Translations under genes and position numbers: made by a program
In this document: positions 46,501 to 55,766 of the stretch, one piece after another
How positions within the stretch are numbered: the stretch's first letter is position 1
How the letters are laid out: each line of letters opens with the position of its first letter
Source of the DNA: an uncultured virus (IMG/VR IMGVR_UViG_3300034062_003972)
Lineage: Duplodnaviria > Heunggongvirae > Uroviricota > Caudoviricetes
IMG/VR virus record: IMGVR_UViG_3300034062_003972
Reading direction: 5' to 3' (one strand)
Length of the DNA stretch: 64,000 nucleotides
The notes under the pieces: model-generated
Seen by the model: the letters and a program-made list of their open reading frames with translations, nothing else
What the model was told of the DNA's origin: nothing
Database searches by the model: none

Positions 46501-46648
46501 GAGTGCCCTGCGGACCAGTTACGTTGACACTTAGCGAGTCTGGCAGTGTCCCCGTGAGACACAGGCACGCCTCGCCGTCGCCGCCGCCGTCGCCGCCGCC
46601 GTCACCGTCGCAGCACGAACTGCAACCGCTGCCCAGCATGAACCCCAT
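43589..46648 (-). CDS. Large minor tail/receptor-binding protein
   Basis: 1019 aa, repeated I...GxGY beta units, Cys-rich N-terminus, lower GC. Confidence 0.7.
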   Translation of the reverse strand: MGFMLGSGCSSCCDGDGGGDGGGDGEACLCLTGTLPDSLSVNVTGPQGTLQKVYTDITCTVTACFGSGATGLAEAPGGGQLSGAGPEDIGPIKGVTLTNAGSGYAKLGRVAPTLTVTNSSVVPAEVEINVVEDKDDCGLPYWRIASLSIKSGGAGYSQEPLEVTIGAGGVAETAAIATLVAENGEPSLEADATPGDGATFSVQVSENDPKGTWGVTEVTFTGNTSGYEDESVLLFSGEGVIEQAAAVARIITARSAPNLSLYVDSTTGTGAVLSGFIAQNNTEGTPPTWGFESISIDDGGSGYSPGEVVRATIVDGQYSASAGPELDALVTAADENGAITEIVLFSGGYYFKPDPDGEINSIVIESGGEYYVGGVLTGIDITTGGRYYVEDASLPPFVADTTVSISQIMSISQGSGAQITATVGSNTSSPNFGKITNLSLVDGGDGYSSWFLSRVNDCAFVPGGEIGDDYEVPVWTDTRFYTPITPFERVGECRWAGFRCYRQPDYQEKFRGILDASFENNGELLGLRLSNWQGTEEVFPWFNLSAPSGIPGVDNGPLLGFSGDFDYDFGKWIHAVPGRAAVVPNKITGGVSVSASVQQRMLQFLFPYWEVVSVTAPPNTQGFTNGQQVSIYTDEIDPEDSDTYLINPFQDAHPGPAPRFATGVVATDYDGNIASITIIDGGVFYKELPSSDADPKDPQPKAPAIVCPMQIEVLQVTPSQGSGGKIDVVDVGTDTNSSGFGKGTLAVSNGGDGYLKGITGYEWVRVQYRGPYVPAVATMRGSEFDPTYVATTNATNCNALEFTATLPSAFEDPREIEISPDKPESLMFGSKECCGRTDWEQVFLPGKCKFYNELILDVDVEIDCPELTRTFTGVASPITFPAEVVAISETVALSFSINNSTESAVGAFTKPAQSSDDSYFSVVADFVLASQSKLGCGAVVAYHKRFKAGPVATSFFVRGQWYGYVQIDLDSDGSAMADQDMFCPSNLSEIEMSDDDVTLPPNRPLNTGSVSVEGFSVVW

Positions 46649-46651
46649 GTG

Positions 46652-46999
46652 TCAGCACTCCGCGGCGATCAGAAACCACGCCTCGCCGTCACGGGCGATT
46701 GCGCAGTTGCGAACTGATTGCGTCGCCGTTGAGATTTCGGCAAACAGATTCGTTGCAGACGCCGTATTTGGCGTGGTCGTTTGGTACTTGAACGTCACAG
46801 TCTTTGAGGCGTTTTTCGACCATCCGCCCGTAAACGTGCAAATCCGAAACACCTTCGCCGCCAGCGTCGACTGATCCCCCTCCTCAAACCTCGTCGGAAT
46901 CTTGGTCACCTGCATCCGCATCGGCGCAGCCTCGGCGGCATCGACGGTGCGTCGAATCCTGCCGAGCAGATCGGAGCCAATGAGGAAGCCGTCGGCCAT
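46652..46999 (-). CDS. Minor tail protein
   Basis: Position in tail module. Confidence 0.6.
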   Translation of the reverse strand: MADGFLIGSDLLGRIRRTVDAAEAAPMRMQVTKIPTRFEEGDQSTLAAKVFRICTFTGGWSKNASKTVTFKYQTTTPNTASATNLFAEISTATQSVRNCAIARDGEAWFLIAAEC

Positions 47000-47005
47000 G
47001 ATCAA

Positions 47006-48088
47006 CTAGATGTCCGTGCGGAGGTTCCACTGCCTGAAGTCTATTTCTTCCGTGACTTTGTAGCGATAGACGAGGACTGGAGGGTTTGCGGTGTCGAGTC
47101 GTGGTCGCCCGTTGTCGTTGAGCGGGATTGGCTGCGCCGAAGGGCGCTGGCTTGAGGCATCGCCAGACGCGATGCGAATCATCGCGCGAACTTTTTGGTT
47201 CACGGCGATTCCGTCCGGTAGCGCTAGCGGGGTAGCGATCTTGTTGTCATTGGTTAGTTTGAGCGGCTGCCCGAACGAGTCGTCTTCCCCGCCGCCAGGC
47301 GGATTGAATGCCTTCACACTAAACCCAGTCTGAGGCTGCAAGACGTCCCACCCGACGTCCTGAAGAAGATAGGCCCCGCCGGCCATCGCGTAGGCAGAGT
47401 TTCGTTTGTAGAGAAACTCGTAGGAGCAGTTCCACCCCCGATAAAGTTGCCCCTGCCAATAGTCGTTCTGCGGCCTTGCCTGAACCCCCCTGAACATGAC
47501 CGTGCGGCGGCCCATGTTGAGCGAGCCAAGGCTGACCGGGACGCTGTTTGTGTAACCGGCGTATTGATTCCGCGTCGTCGGATCGACTGGCTGGAACTGC
47601 TCAATTGTGATCGTCGTGATCGGCTGGACTGCCGTGACGCCCTCGTAGAGATCGCCGGCCGGGTTGGTGATTGGCAAGGCACCGCCAGAAAGCGATCCGT
47701 TCACGCCGCTGACCTTAGTCCACTGATACGCCGGCACCTCCATCAGCGACGTGTTCGTGTACCAATTCGCCGGCCGAATGCTCGGTGCTTCTGACTGTGG
47801 GTCTTGCCCAGGTTCTGCGCTCGGCGCCGTTCGGTAATTGAACGTCGCCAGGATGACCATCCTGCTCTCGCCCTCGTAGACCCCAGAGAACGAGTAGCAG
47901 AAGGTTCCTGGGTTGCGCGGATGCGCTTGGCCGACGGAGACGGAGCACGCAGCCGGGATGTCGACAAACTCCGACGGGCTGTTTAGCAAGATGCGAAACA
48001 CCCGCGCCGCCGAGATTGCCGTTTGGTTCTGATCCGACGAAAACTCGTAGGACTGCCCCTGCGACAGTTCGCTAACCATCCTCGGCAT
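47006..48088 (-). CDS. Minor tail protein
   Basis: 360 aa downstream of tape measure. Confidence 0.65.
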   Translation of the reverse strand: MPRMVSELSQGQSYEFSSDQNQTAISAARVFRILLNSPSEFVDIPAACSVSVGQAHPRNPGTFCYSFSGVYEGESRMVILATFNYRTAPSAEPGQDPQSEAPSIRPANWYTNTSLMEVPAYQWTKVSGVNGSLSGGALPITNPAGDLYEGVTAVQPITTITIEQFQPVDPTTRNQYAGYTNSVPVSLGSLNMGRRTVMFRGVQARPQNDYWQGQLYRGWNCSYEFLYKRNSAYAMAGGAYLLQDVGWDVLQPQTGFSVKAFNPPGGGEDDSFGQPLKLTNDNKIATPLALPDGIAVNQKVRAMIRIASGDASSQRPSAQPIPLNDNGRPRLDTANPPVLVYRYKVTEEIDFRQWNLRTDI

Positions 48089-48091
48089 GAA

Positions 48092-48460
48092 TCAGCCCTC
48101 CGTGATGTCGACGCGAAGGCGGGTTCCGGCCGTGCCGATGGCCTTGTAATTTACGCCGGTAGACAGCCGAAACACCGCCGGCTCGCCGGGCCGCAGCGTG
48201 GTGAGCGAGACGAACGACCCGCCCTCGTCGATGCCGATCTGGGCGGTCGCGACCGTGGCCGTTGAGAGGTTGCGAAGGAAGGCGAGGCCGACGCTGGATA
48301 GGTTCGACGTGGACACGTTCGTCGGGTTCGTCGTGAGCGAGTAGGTCAGCGACTGCATCCCTTCGAGCGACATATCAGCCGTGACGTTTGTCACCTGGAT
48401 GCGGTTGTCCAAAAAGCCTTTGTTGACCGTGATGTTCACGCCGTATGAGATGTCTGACAT
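48092..48460 (-). CDS. Putative virion protein
   Basis: AAGGAG RBS; RNLST...LRPGE. Confidence 0.65.
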   Translation of the reverse strand: MSDISYGVNITVNKGFLDNRIQVTNVTADMSLEGMQSLTYSLTTNPTNVSTSNLSSVGLAFLRNLSTATVATAQIGIDEGGSFVSLTTLRPGEPAVFRLSTGVNYKAIGTAGTRLRVDITEG

Positions 48461-48472
48461 TGGGGGTTCTCC

Positions 48473-51400
48473 TTAGTTTGCGACGGGTGCGTTTTTCTTC
48501 TCGGCGATGATCGCAAGCAGCCTGTTTGCCTCCTCTTGGAGGTTGACGAGATCGACGTCGCGATTGGAGTCGTCGCCGCGCAGGAGCCGGTTGAGTTCCC
48601 GCTGGCCCTCGACCGTCGAAGCGTCGGTCGCGCCCAGGGCGGCGCGGGATGGGCCTTGGAGGATGGCGTTGCGGACTTCGTCGGCGAAGCCGGCGGTCAT
48701 TGGGGCTACCTGGCGGGCGCGGTCGGCAATGAACCGATCGATCGCGGCGTTTCTGCCATCGCCGTCAACCAGGCCGGTCGTCTCGGCCGCGACTTCGCCG
48801 AACCTGGCAATGATGTCGTTGATGCCCTGTCGCGTCTCCTCGGCGGCCCGCTCCGCGGGAGTCATCGCCAGTTGGCGGCCACGCTCTGGGTCGCCCAGAA
48901 GCCTCCTGGCCTCCCTGGCCTCGAAACTGTTCATCGTTTCGTCGAGGGCGGCGACTTCCGCTTCCAGGGAGCGGATCGAGTTGTTGAGTTCCTGCTCGGT
49001 GCGGATGAGGATGGGGTCGGCCGGCGTGGCTTGCAGTTGCTGCCGAACCGTTTCCCTCTGGAACTGGAGTTCGCGGAGCCTTTGCTGCTGAATGCCAGCC
49101 GCCGATCCGACGCGATCGATGGCTTCCTGCGTCCTGCCGATGACGGCTTCGATTTGGCGCTCGGGGTTGAGCGTGCGTTCGCGACGCAGGCGATCTGATC
49201 TTTCCTCGATTTCTCCACGCCTTGCTCTGGTGCGATTAATATCTTCGCGCGCTGATCGAATAGCCGCCTCGCGCTCGGCCGGGTTTTCGATTTGAACAGC
49301 CGCGTTCAATCGCTCGACGGCGTCCTGAAACTCGCCGCCGACTTGATCTAACAAGACTGCAAATTCCCTCGCCCCAGGCACTCCCGACTCTATAGCGGCC
49401 GCGACCTCTTCTTGCGCGCTCCTGATGGCCGCCGCAGGCCCACGCGCAGACAACGCAATCTCTCCGGCGGCTTCATCGACTGCGCCGGAGATCGCGGCGT
49501 CCAGCCTGGCAGCCAGGCTATTGAGTTCATCGAAAGATTGCGCGGCCGTCCTGAATCTTAGCCCACCGTCAAAAACACTTGGCCCTTCCGCAAGAATTTC
49601 ACGCAGCCGTGCGAGCGGCGCTTCCAGTGCTTCTCTCCTAGCGCGAATGCTACCAATGTCTTGGCCTGCGGGCAGGTCTGGAACATTTCTCCGGAACGGA
49701 TTTGGCGCGCGGCGGCGAATCGCCGCCTCCACCTCACGGTCGTCTGGAGGCGGCAGGAGCAGGGCGCCTCTGCGAAGCCTCTCCCTCCTGCGAGATTCCT
49801 CCAACTGCGCCTGAAGTCCTGTCCGCTGGGCTGCGTCGCTTGAGTCTTCTATCTCTCTGTTGATTCTTGCTTGATTCGCCCGCTCAACTCGAATAAGCGG
49901 ATCGTTCTCAAGAACTCTCTCTTGATTAATTTCCCTGCGGGCCTTGGCGGCCCGCTCGATTGACTTCGTAAATTCCCTGGCTTCGGCCGCCTGGTCCGAC
50001 AGCGTCCCAGACCTGAGCGCGTCGCCCAACTCACGAAATGACTCTGCGAGCGTTTCAACGAGGCTTTTTTGCCTCGCCAGCGTGTCGTTCAGTGCTTTTG
50101 TGCTATCTTGCGCTGTTCGGCCGCTGTTGATCCACTTCGTAAGAGCGACTACTGCCTGTCCTGCGAGCACCGCGGCAAGGCCGATGAATAGACCTTGGGT
50201 TCCGCCAAGAATGAAAGCCAGTTGCGTCACATTGTTGCTGATGGCGCGCAGACGCTGGTCAAAACTTCCGGTAACTGAGAAAAAGTCGTCGATCGCAAAG
50301 CCGGCTTGCTGCGCGGCCAGGGAGAATTTGTCTAGCCCTTGCCTGCCAATGTCTCCGGCTCGCTGAATCCTTTTCTCGACGTCGCCAAGGCTGATCCCAG
50401 AAGCGGCCGCCGACGCCGCCGCGAGCGAACGAACCATTGCGTCAATCTCCGCCCTCGCGCCGGCTATATTTCCGGCGTCGAAAGCCTCGTTGATGCGATT
50501 TCTTACTGCGTCAAAAGACGTCGCCAGCACCCCCCTAGCGTCGCCGGCGACTCGCGAAATGACGCCTTGAAGAACTTGAAGTTGTGATTCATACGACCGA
50601 AGTTCCGTTTGATCTAGTCCGAGCGAAATCCCGGATGCGCCAGCGCCGCCAAAAGACTGGCTAAAGTCAAACGCTGTCGCCAGTCTCCTTGCGGAAGCCT
50701 CTAGTTGCTGCACTTGCTGCCGCGCGGCGTTGATTCCGTTTGCGAACGCATCTGGCGATCGCGAAATCTCTAAGAGCGTGTCTCTGGCAGCGCTTAGTTG
50801 CGGCCGCAACTGTTGCTGCACCGATCGAGGCAGCCGCGAAAGAGACTGCTCGACCTCATCAACTTGCCCGCGCAGGTCTTGAACCTGAAAGCCGCGGTTC
50901 CCAGTCAAGATCGGAGATGCGAGGTCTTGGTTTCTTTGGTCGCGAGAGTCGCGCGCCGCCGCATCAAGCAACCGTGTTCGCTCCGCGTCAAGGTCGCCTC
51001 GCGATCTTTCGCGGTTTATGACGGCTGCGATTTCATTGTCTTCGGCCCTGCGGGCCGCGGCTGCCCTTTCTTTCTCTTGCTGAAGCCTAGTCCGCTCGCG
51101 ATTTATGAGCGCGCCGATTTCATTGTCTTCGGCCCTGCGCCTCGCGGCCTCCGCTTCCGCAGGCGCGTCAATTGTTGACTGAAGGCTCTGCCTGGCCTGT
51201 GCGGACTGCCGAATAAGCGCATCGAGTCGTGCCTGCGCCTCGGTCGTGTCGAGCCCTAGCGTTGTCCTGCGTTCGACAGAAGCCTGATACCTGGCAATTT
51301 CCTGCCGCAGCCGAGCCAACTCTTCGACGCGCTGCCTGACTGATCCGTCTTCAAGGACGGCTGGCGGCAGCGCCGCCGCTCGCTGGCTCAATTGAGCCGA

Positions 51401-52342
51401 TCGCGTCAGTTCGTCTCTGACGCTCGGCGCGGCGAACTCAAGTTCGCGCCCGGTGAAGCCACTGTTGGCGAGATTCTGGACGGCCGACAGCCTCTCAATA
51501 GACGCAGTGACTGCCTCTACAGCACGACGCACGCCGGCATACCGCTGCGTCGAGATGTCCGCGCCGCGCTCCGCGGCTGTCGTCAGATTCTCGACGCCAC
51601 GTTGAGCCCGCTGTAGCGCGGGGCCGAACGCCGTCTGAATTTCCGCTGACAGTGATGCGTACTTGGCGACGGCAGCACCGATCGGGTTGCCGAGTTCGTT
51701 CGTGATGCTTACCAGCCGGTCTGACTGAATGATTGCTCGCTCAAGTTCCCGCGTCTCAACGCGCACCTGCAACCGCTTCAGCCGCTCTGGCGAAATTCTG
51801 GAGAACGTATCAATCAGCCTGTCGAGCGCGGACGCCTCGATGCGCGTTTTGACGTTGATGACCTTTCCATCGACCTCCTGCACGTCAGCCCGCAGACGGC
51901 GCAGCCCCTCAACGCCGCCGACGTTGACGGCGAGATCGACGTCTTGCTGCGTCAGCGTCCCCAGGACGTTCCGCAACTCCGTGATGTTGCGAAGCCCGCT
52001 TTCGCGGACGACGAGGTCTACTTCCGCCTGGCGGCCGAGGGCGACCAGTTCGCGGACGCGGGCGTTCAGGTCTTCGACAGACCTGATCGCACCCTGAAAT
52101 CCACGGAACGCCAACTTCTGGGAGGCGGCGTTCTGGATCGCCCGCTCGTACCGCTGGATCGGCGTCAGGATCGAACTGATCGACTTCGAGACGTCTGCGG
52201 AGGCCCGGCGCAGGTCTTGTGTGATCGAGTTGGCGAACGCCTGCGTCCGCTTCGCCGATTCGTTGAGGCCGCGGACGTAGTTCCCCGTGTTCGCGGAGAC
52301 TACTGCCGAGATTTTGCCGAGATACCCGCGGCCTGTCGCCAT
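48473..52342 (-). CDS. Tape measure protein
   Basis: 1289 aa, helical Ala/Arg-rich, central hydrophobic segment, follows chaperones. Confidence 0.85.
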   Translation of the reverse strand: MATGRGYLGKISAVVSANTGNYVRGLNESAKRTQAFANSITQDLRRASADVSKSISSILTPIQRYERAIQNAASQKLAFRGFQGAIRSVEDLNARVRELVALGRQAEVDLVVRESGLRNITELRNVLGTLTQQDVDLAVNVGGVEGLRRLRADVQEVDGKVINVKTRIEASALDRLIDTFSRISPERLKRLQVRVETRELERAIIQSDRLVSITNELGNPIGAAVAKYASLSAEIQTAFGPALQRAQRGVENLTTAAERGADISTQRYAGVRRAVEAVTASIERLSAVQNLANSGFTGRELEFAAPSVRDELTRSAQLSQRAAALPPAVLEDGSVRQRVEELARLRQEIARYQASVERRTTLGLDTTEAQARLDALIRQSAQARQSLQSTIDAPAEAEAARRRAEDNEIGALINRERTRLQQEKERAAAARRAEDNEIAAVINRERSRGDLDAERTRLLDAAARDSRDQRNQDLASPILTGNRGFQVQDLRGQVDEVEQSLSRLPRSVQQQLRPQLSAARDTLLEISRSPDAFANGINAARQQVQQLEASARRLATAFDFSQSFGGAGASGISLGLDQTELRSYESQLQVLQGVISRVAGDARGVLATSFDAVRNRINEAFDAGNIAGARAEIDAMVRSLAAASAAASGISLGDVEKRIQRAGDIGRQGLDKFSLAAQQAGFAIDDFFSVTGSFDQRLRAISNNVTQLAFILGGTQGLFIGLAAVLAGQAVVALTKWINSGRTAQDSTKALNDTLARQKSLVETLAESFRELGDALRSGTLSDQAAEAREFTKSIERAAKARREINQERVLENDPLIRVERANQARINREIEDSSDAAQRTGLQAQLEESRRRERLRRGALLLPPPDDREVEAAIRRRAPNPFRRNVPDLPAGQDIGSIRARREALEAPLARLREILAEGPSVFDGGLRFRTAAQSFDELNSLAARLDAAISGAVDEAAGEIALSARGPAAAIRSAQEEVAAAIESGVPGAREFAVLLDQVGGEFQDAVERLNAAVQIENPAEREAAIRSAREDINRTRARRGEIEERSDRLRRERTLNPERQIEAVIGRTQEAIDRVGSAAGIQQQRLRELQFQRETVRQQLQATPADPILIRTEQELNNSIRSLEAEVAALDETMNSFEAREARRLLGDPERGRQLAMTPAERAAEETRQGINDIIARFGEVAAETTGLVDGDGRNAAIDRFIADRARQVAPMTAGFADEVRNAILQGPSRAALGATDASTVEGQRELNRLLRGDDSNRDVDLVNLQEEANRLLAIIAEKKNAPVAN

Positions 52343-52346
52343 CGCC

Positions 52347-52664
52347 TCATCCTTGCGGCGGTTGCTGCAACTTCATCAACTCTGCGAACATCTGCTCCTG
52401 CGACTGCCTGGGCTTCTTCGAGGCCGGGATGAAGACGGACTCTTCGGGCAGCCGCTTGTAGTTGCCGCTGGCTGCCATGATCGTCCGACACAACCGAGCC
52501 GTCTGAACCCACGGGTCAGGCAGCGGGTAGAGTTCGTGGAATGCGTGCCACTCCGCCAACTCTTCGCTGTCACACTCCCGCAGCAATCGCTTTACCGTCA
52601 TGCCCAGCGCCAGGGCCAGCCTCATGTAGAAGAGGCGTTCCGGTCGCTGGGCGAATCGTTTCCC
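52347..52664 (-). CDS. Tail assembly chaperone -1 frameshift extension (gpT-like)
   Basis: Slippery G-GGA-AAC at 52658-52664; -1 frame reads GKRFAQRPER...LGMTV..L...ELAEW. Confidence 0.8.
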   Translation of the reverse strand, partial: GKRFAQRPERLFYMRLALALGMTVKRLLRECDSEELAEWHAFHELYPLPDPWVQTARLCRTIMAASGNYKRLPEESVFIPASKKPRQSQEQMFAELMKLQQPPQG

Positions 52665-52990
52665 AGTTCTTCGACGGCCTCCGGCGAGAAGGCGTTGTGC
52701 GCCCACGCGGCCTCGAAAGCCTTGTTGATCGACGCGCTGGACTTCTTGCCCAACTGCTCGGCGTCGGCGTCCGCGAAGAGCCGCTCGCCCTTCTCGTCGC
52801 AGAGGGCGAGCACCAGGAAGCGGACGCGGAAGCCCTTCATCTTCTGCTCGGAGTAGGACTCCTCGAAGAAGTCGCGCTCGGTGCCGGAGATGGTGCGGAC
52901 GTATACCACGTCGCCCCACTCCTTCTTCATGTCCAACTCTTTGAGTTTGGTGTCGTCAGCCGCCAGAATCTTCGCCTTCGTCAAAGCCAT
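52622..52990 (-). CDS. Tail assembly chaperone (gpG-like)
   Basis: EWG..VYVR.ISG.ERD, LCDEKGERLF. Confidence 0.8.
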   Translation of the reverse strand: MALTKAKILAADDTKLKELDMKKEWGDVVYVRTISGTERDFFEESYSEQKMKGFRVRFLVLALCDEKGERLFADADAEQLGKKSSASINKAFEAAWAHNAFSPEAVEELGNDSPSDRNASST

Positions 52991-53008
52991 CGCAGAAGAA
53001 ACTCCTGA

Positions 53009-53404
53009 TTAGAAAAACTGACCAGAGATCGTGTCTGTTGCCGCGTAGTCGGTCAGACGAAACCGCATCGTGCCGCGAACTAGATCACCAACCGCTGCCT
53101 CCTGCGTCGCTGTCTCGCAGATTGCGCGGTTTGAGATCGAGAAGACGTTGCCGGTGAACGACAGTAGGCCGACCTTGCCGATGGCCTGGAGCGGCCCGAT
53201 GCCGCCGGTCGGCTGGATGAAGTCGACGTCGACCGTCCCGCCGCCGTTGGCGCCGCTCGGGACAAGAACCAGTTGGTTGGCCGGCGCGTTGTAGGGGGTC
53301 ATATCGACGATCTCCGCCGTCGGATGATCGACCGACACCCTAGTCGCGATGGCTCGGACGCCGCAGAACGTAAGGGTAGCGCCAGATGCGACGAAGCCTG
53401 CCAT
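53009..53404 (-). CDS. Tail tube-like protein 2
   Basis: Resembles the upstream gene; precedes chaperone. Confidence 0.6.
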   Translation of the reverse strand: MAGFVASGATLTFCGVRAIATRVSVDHPTAEIVDMTPYNAPANQLVLVPSGANGGGTVDVDFIQPTGGIGPLQAIGKVGLLSFTGNVFSISNRAICETATQEAAVGDLVRGTMRFRLTDYAATDTISGQFF

Positions 53405-53431
53405 GAGTCACGCCTTCTAGAGCGCGACCGC

Positions 53432-53767
53432 TTACGCCACGCGGAACGTCGCGCTGCCGGAAACGAGTGCGCCGACCGAGCCGCCAAGCGAAGAACTCGC
53501 CATCGTCGCGTTGCCGCTGAACGAGAACGGCCCAGCGATCGAAAGAGCGCCGGAAACGCCGGCCGTGAGGATGCTGTTCGAGATGTAGTCGATGGTGACT
53601 TCGCGTTCGGTGGCGAAGCCGCCGACGAACTCCCGGCGTCCGTTCGGGGCGATGCCCAGGTGGCTGCCGTCGATGAGGTCTTGCGTGTCATTGACCTGGA
53701 CGCTGGTGACCGTGAGGGTCGTGCCGGCGAAGGTGAACGTGAGTCCCTGTGAAGAAACGCCAGCCAT
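53432..53767 (-). CDS. Tail tube (major tail)-like protein 1
   Basis: G.TFTF, ID.SHL, G..TF.V; follows tail terminator. Confidence 0.65.
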   Translation of the reverse strand: MAGVSSQGLTFTFAGTTLTVTSVQVNDTQDLIDGSHLGIAPNGRREFVGGFATEREVTIDYISNSILTAGVSGALSIAGPFSFSGNATMASSSLGGSVGALVSGSATFRVA

Positions 53768-53806
53768 GTGACACGCCTCCTTGCGTGAAGTACCGTCGAG
53801 TAGGTT

Positions 53807-54232
53807 TTACTGGGCGGCTTCTTGCCACCGAATCTGATACAGTTGCCGAACCTCGTAAGCCGGCGGGAGTTGGGCTCCGACGGCCGCCGGGTCGAGGAAG
53901 TCGTCCGTTTCGGACACCAGCCTCATATCTTCAATTGTAGCCCCTGCCAGCGTCCCGGTGGCTCCATCCAGCGCAAGCCTGACCTCGTCGCCCAACTCCC
54001 TGGACGTGTCGTGGTTCAATGCCCAGGAGGCGATCTGGAGGCTGACAAGAGGCATGAACATCGGGCCGGAAAGGTGGCTCTCGCGGATGATGTTCTGCCG
54101 CTTGTAGACAATGAACGGGAACCCGGCCCCTTTGGGGACGGCGATCGGGAAGACGTTGAAACCCACGAGCCTGGCGACGCCCGGCGTGGAGAGCAACTTC
54201 TGGTAGACGTGCTTTTCTGGGGAGAGGAGCAT
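53807..54232 (-). CDS. Tail terminator/completion protein
   Basis: FPFIVY, LQI..WA, VR.ALDG. Confidence 0.75.
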   Translation of the reverse strand: MLLSPEKHVYQKLLSTPGVARLVGFNVFPIAVPKGAGFPFIVYKRQNIIRESHLSGPMFMPLVSLQIASWALNHDTSRELGDEVRLALDGATGTLAGATIEDMRLVSETDDFLDPAAVGAQLPPAYEVRQLYQIRWQEAAQ

Positions 54233-54235
54233 GGT

Positions 54236-54994
54236 TTAGCCGCCGCGAATGGCGATCGACGCCTCCAGGTATGCGCTGAGAATCCCGTACACGTCCCTCG
54301 CGTTTGCGGCGATCGTGTCCTGCATCAACTCCAACTTTGGCATCCCGGCGATGGTTTCGCCAGGCGCGAGGGTGATCGGGTGTTGCTTCCTGCCGCCGCC
54401 GGTTGCCCGCGGGCCGGCAAAGTCTCTGGAGTATTTGTCCCCAATGACGCCGCGGTCGTCCGCGGAACCCATCAGGAAGTAGTACCCGCGGCCCATCCGC
54501 TCGAATTCTGTGTTGTTGAACGAGCCGGCTCTGCTCATCTTGCCGTTGATGGCCTGGTGGACGTTGACGTAGGCCCGCCGCCCGCGAGAGCCAGGCTTTC
54601 GTCGCCCGGTCCCAAATTCCACCAACCATGCGTGATTACCACTTTCAACGCCTGGCTGTGACCCGCGGTTGCCAGTCTGCCGAGGGCCGACGACTGCCGT
54701 GCCGCCCTCCTTGTAGGCGCGGTAGATCGTCGTCACCGACTTGGCGAGGTTGCCGGTGGCCTCGTGCCGCTGCGCCAGGGAGCGGTAGTCGTCCTCGATG
54801 GGCTTGGCGGCCTTCTTGCACGCCGCCTCGATGATTTTCTGCGACGAGGCTACGCCGGCCAACTCCTCCAGCCGCTGGACGAGGCCGCGGACGCCGGCCG
54901 TCTTGATCGTGATGAACTGATTGGCCTTCTCGACGCCGGTTACGCCGCCTTCGAGAATCTGCGGCGCGCCAATGCCCTGCTCGATTGCCATCAC
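54236..54994 (-). CDS. HK97 gp10-like protein
   Basis: TGNL.KS, HAWLVEFGT. Confidence 0.75.
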   Translation of the reverse strand: MMAIEQGIGAPQILEGGVTGVEKANQFITIKTAGVRGLVQRLEELAGVASSQKIIEAACKKAAKPIEDDYRSLAQRHEATGNLAKSVTTIYRAYKEGGTAVVGPRQTGNRGSQPGVESGNHAWLVEFGTGRRKPGSRGRRAYVNVHQAINGKMSRAGSFNNTEFERMGRGYYFLMGSADDRGVIGDKYSRDFAGPRATGGGRKQHPITLAPGETIAGMPKLELMQDTIAANARDVYGILSAYLEASIAIRGG

Positions 54995-55308
54995 TGCACC
55001 TCGCGAGCCAGGATTTCGGTGTAGTCGCCGCGGTCGGTCACGCTGGCGATCTCCATCGTGCGATTCTTCCAGATTACCCGGTGGGTGTGCTGCACATCGC
55101 TCCGCTCGCGGATGCGGATGCGGTGTGTCGCGATCACGTTCGCTTGCTGGGCCTGGAGGATGTCGCGGCTAGAGAGGCCGCTGACGTTCGCCCAGACAGT
55201 GCAGAGCGTGTTATCCCAGTTCAGTGTCGTCTCGCCGGAGAGGCTGCGCACCTCCGCTGGGGTCTTGATCGTTACCCGCTCGGTCATCTTGCCGATGTCG
55301 ACGCTCAC
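54991..55308 (-). CDS. Head closure/head-tail joining protein
   Basis: G.M.ERVTI, VWANV..LS.R, HRIRIR. Confidence 0.8.
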   Translation of the reverse strand: MSVDIGKMTERVTIKTPAEVRSLSGETTLNWDNTLCTVWANVSGLSSRDILQAQQANVIATHRIRIRERSDVQHTHRVIWKNRTMEIASVTDRGDYTEILAREVQ

Positions 55309-55763
55309 GACACGCTCCCGCGGCCGATCAAGACGATGTCATACGCCCCGCCGGCGGTTCCGGTGACCGTCACGGTCGCCGTCGACATCCCGGCCGCCGT
55401 CAAGTCGCACTGCACGGCCACCCCGCCGGCCTTGACCGTCTGGCCGCCGGCGGGAAACGGCGCCCCGGCGAATGCCAGAGTCGACGCCCCGCTGTTTTTG
55501 ACGTAGTAGGCCGACACGCTGGTCAGCGTCACCGTGGCCGGCGAGCCGTCGCGGGTGTCGGCCAGCGAGGCCAGACTGAGCGTCTCCGACGCCCCGGAGA
55601 GCGTCCGCGAGTCGCTCCAGGTGATCTGTGCCTGCCCGGCCGCGCTGCCGTCGGCCACGAGAGCCGCGTAGGAGGCCGGCGTGACGCGGACGGTCTTCGA
55701 CAGGTCGCCGCTCGACGACTCGTGGGCTAGGAGGGAGAGCGAGATTTGGGCGTTCAGGGCCAT
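55305..55763 (-). CDS. Putative virion decoration protein
   Basis: 152 aa; WSD.RT, VKN, YDIVLIG. Confidence 0.6.
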   Translation of the reverse strand: MALNAQISLSLLAHESSSGDLSKTVRVTPASYAALVADGSAAGQAQITWSDSRTLSGASETLSLASLADTRDGSPATVTLTSVSAYYVKNSGASTLAFAGAPFPAGGQTVKAGGVAVQCDLTAAGMSTATVTVTGTAGGAYDIVLIGRGSVS

Positions 55764-55766
55764 CGG

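Noticed and set aside
38460..46648. Diversity-generating retroelement
   Set aside because: No reverse transcriptase; the fibre repeats differ synonymously rather than at adenines
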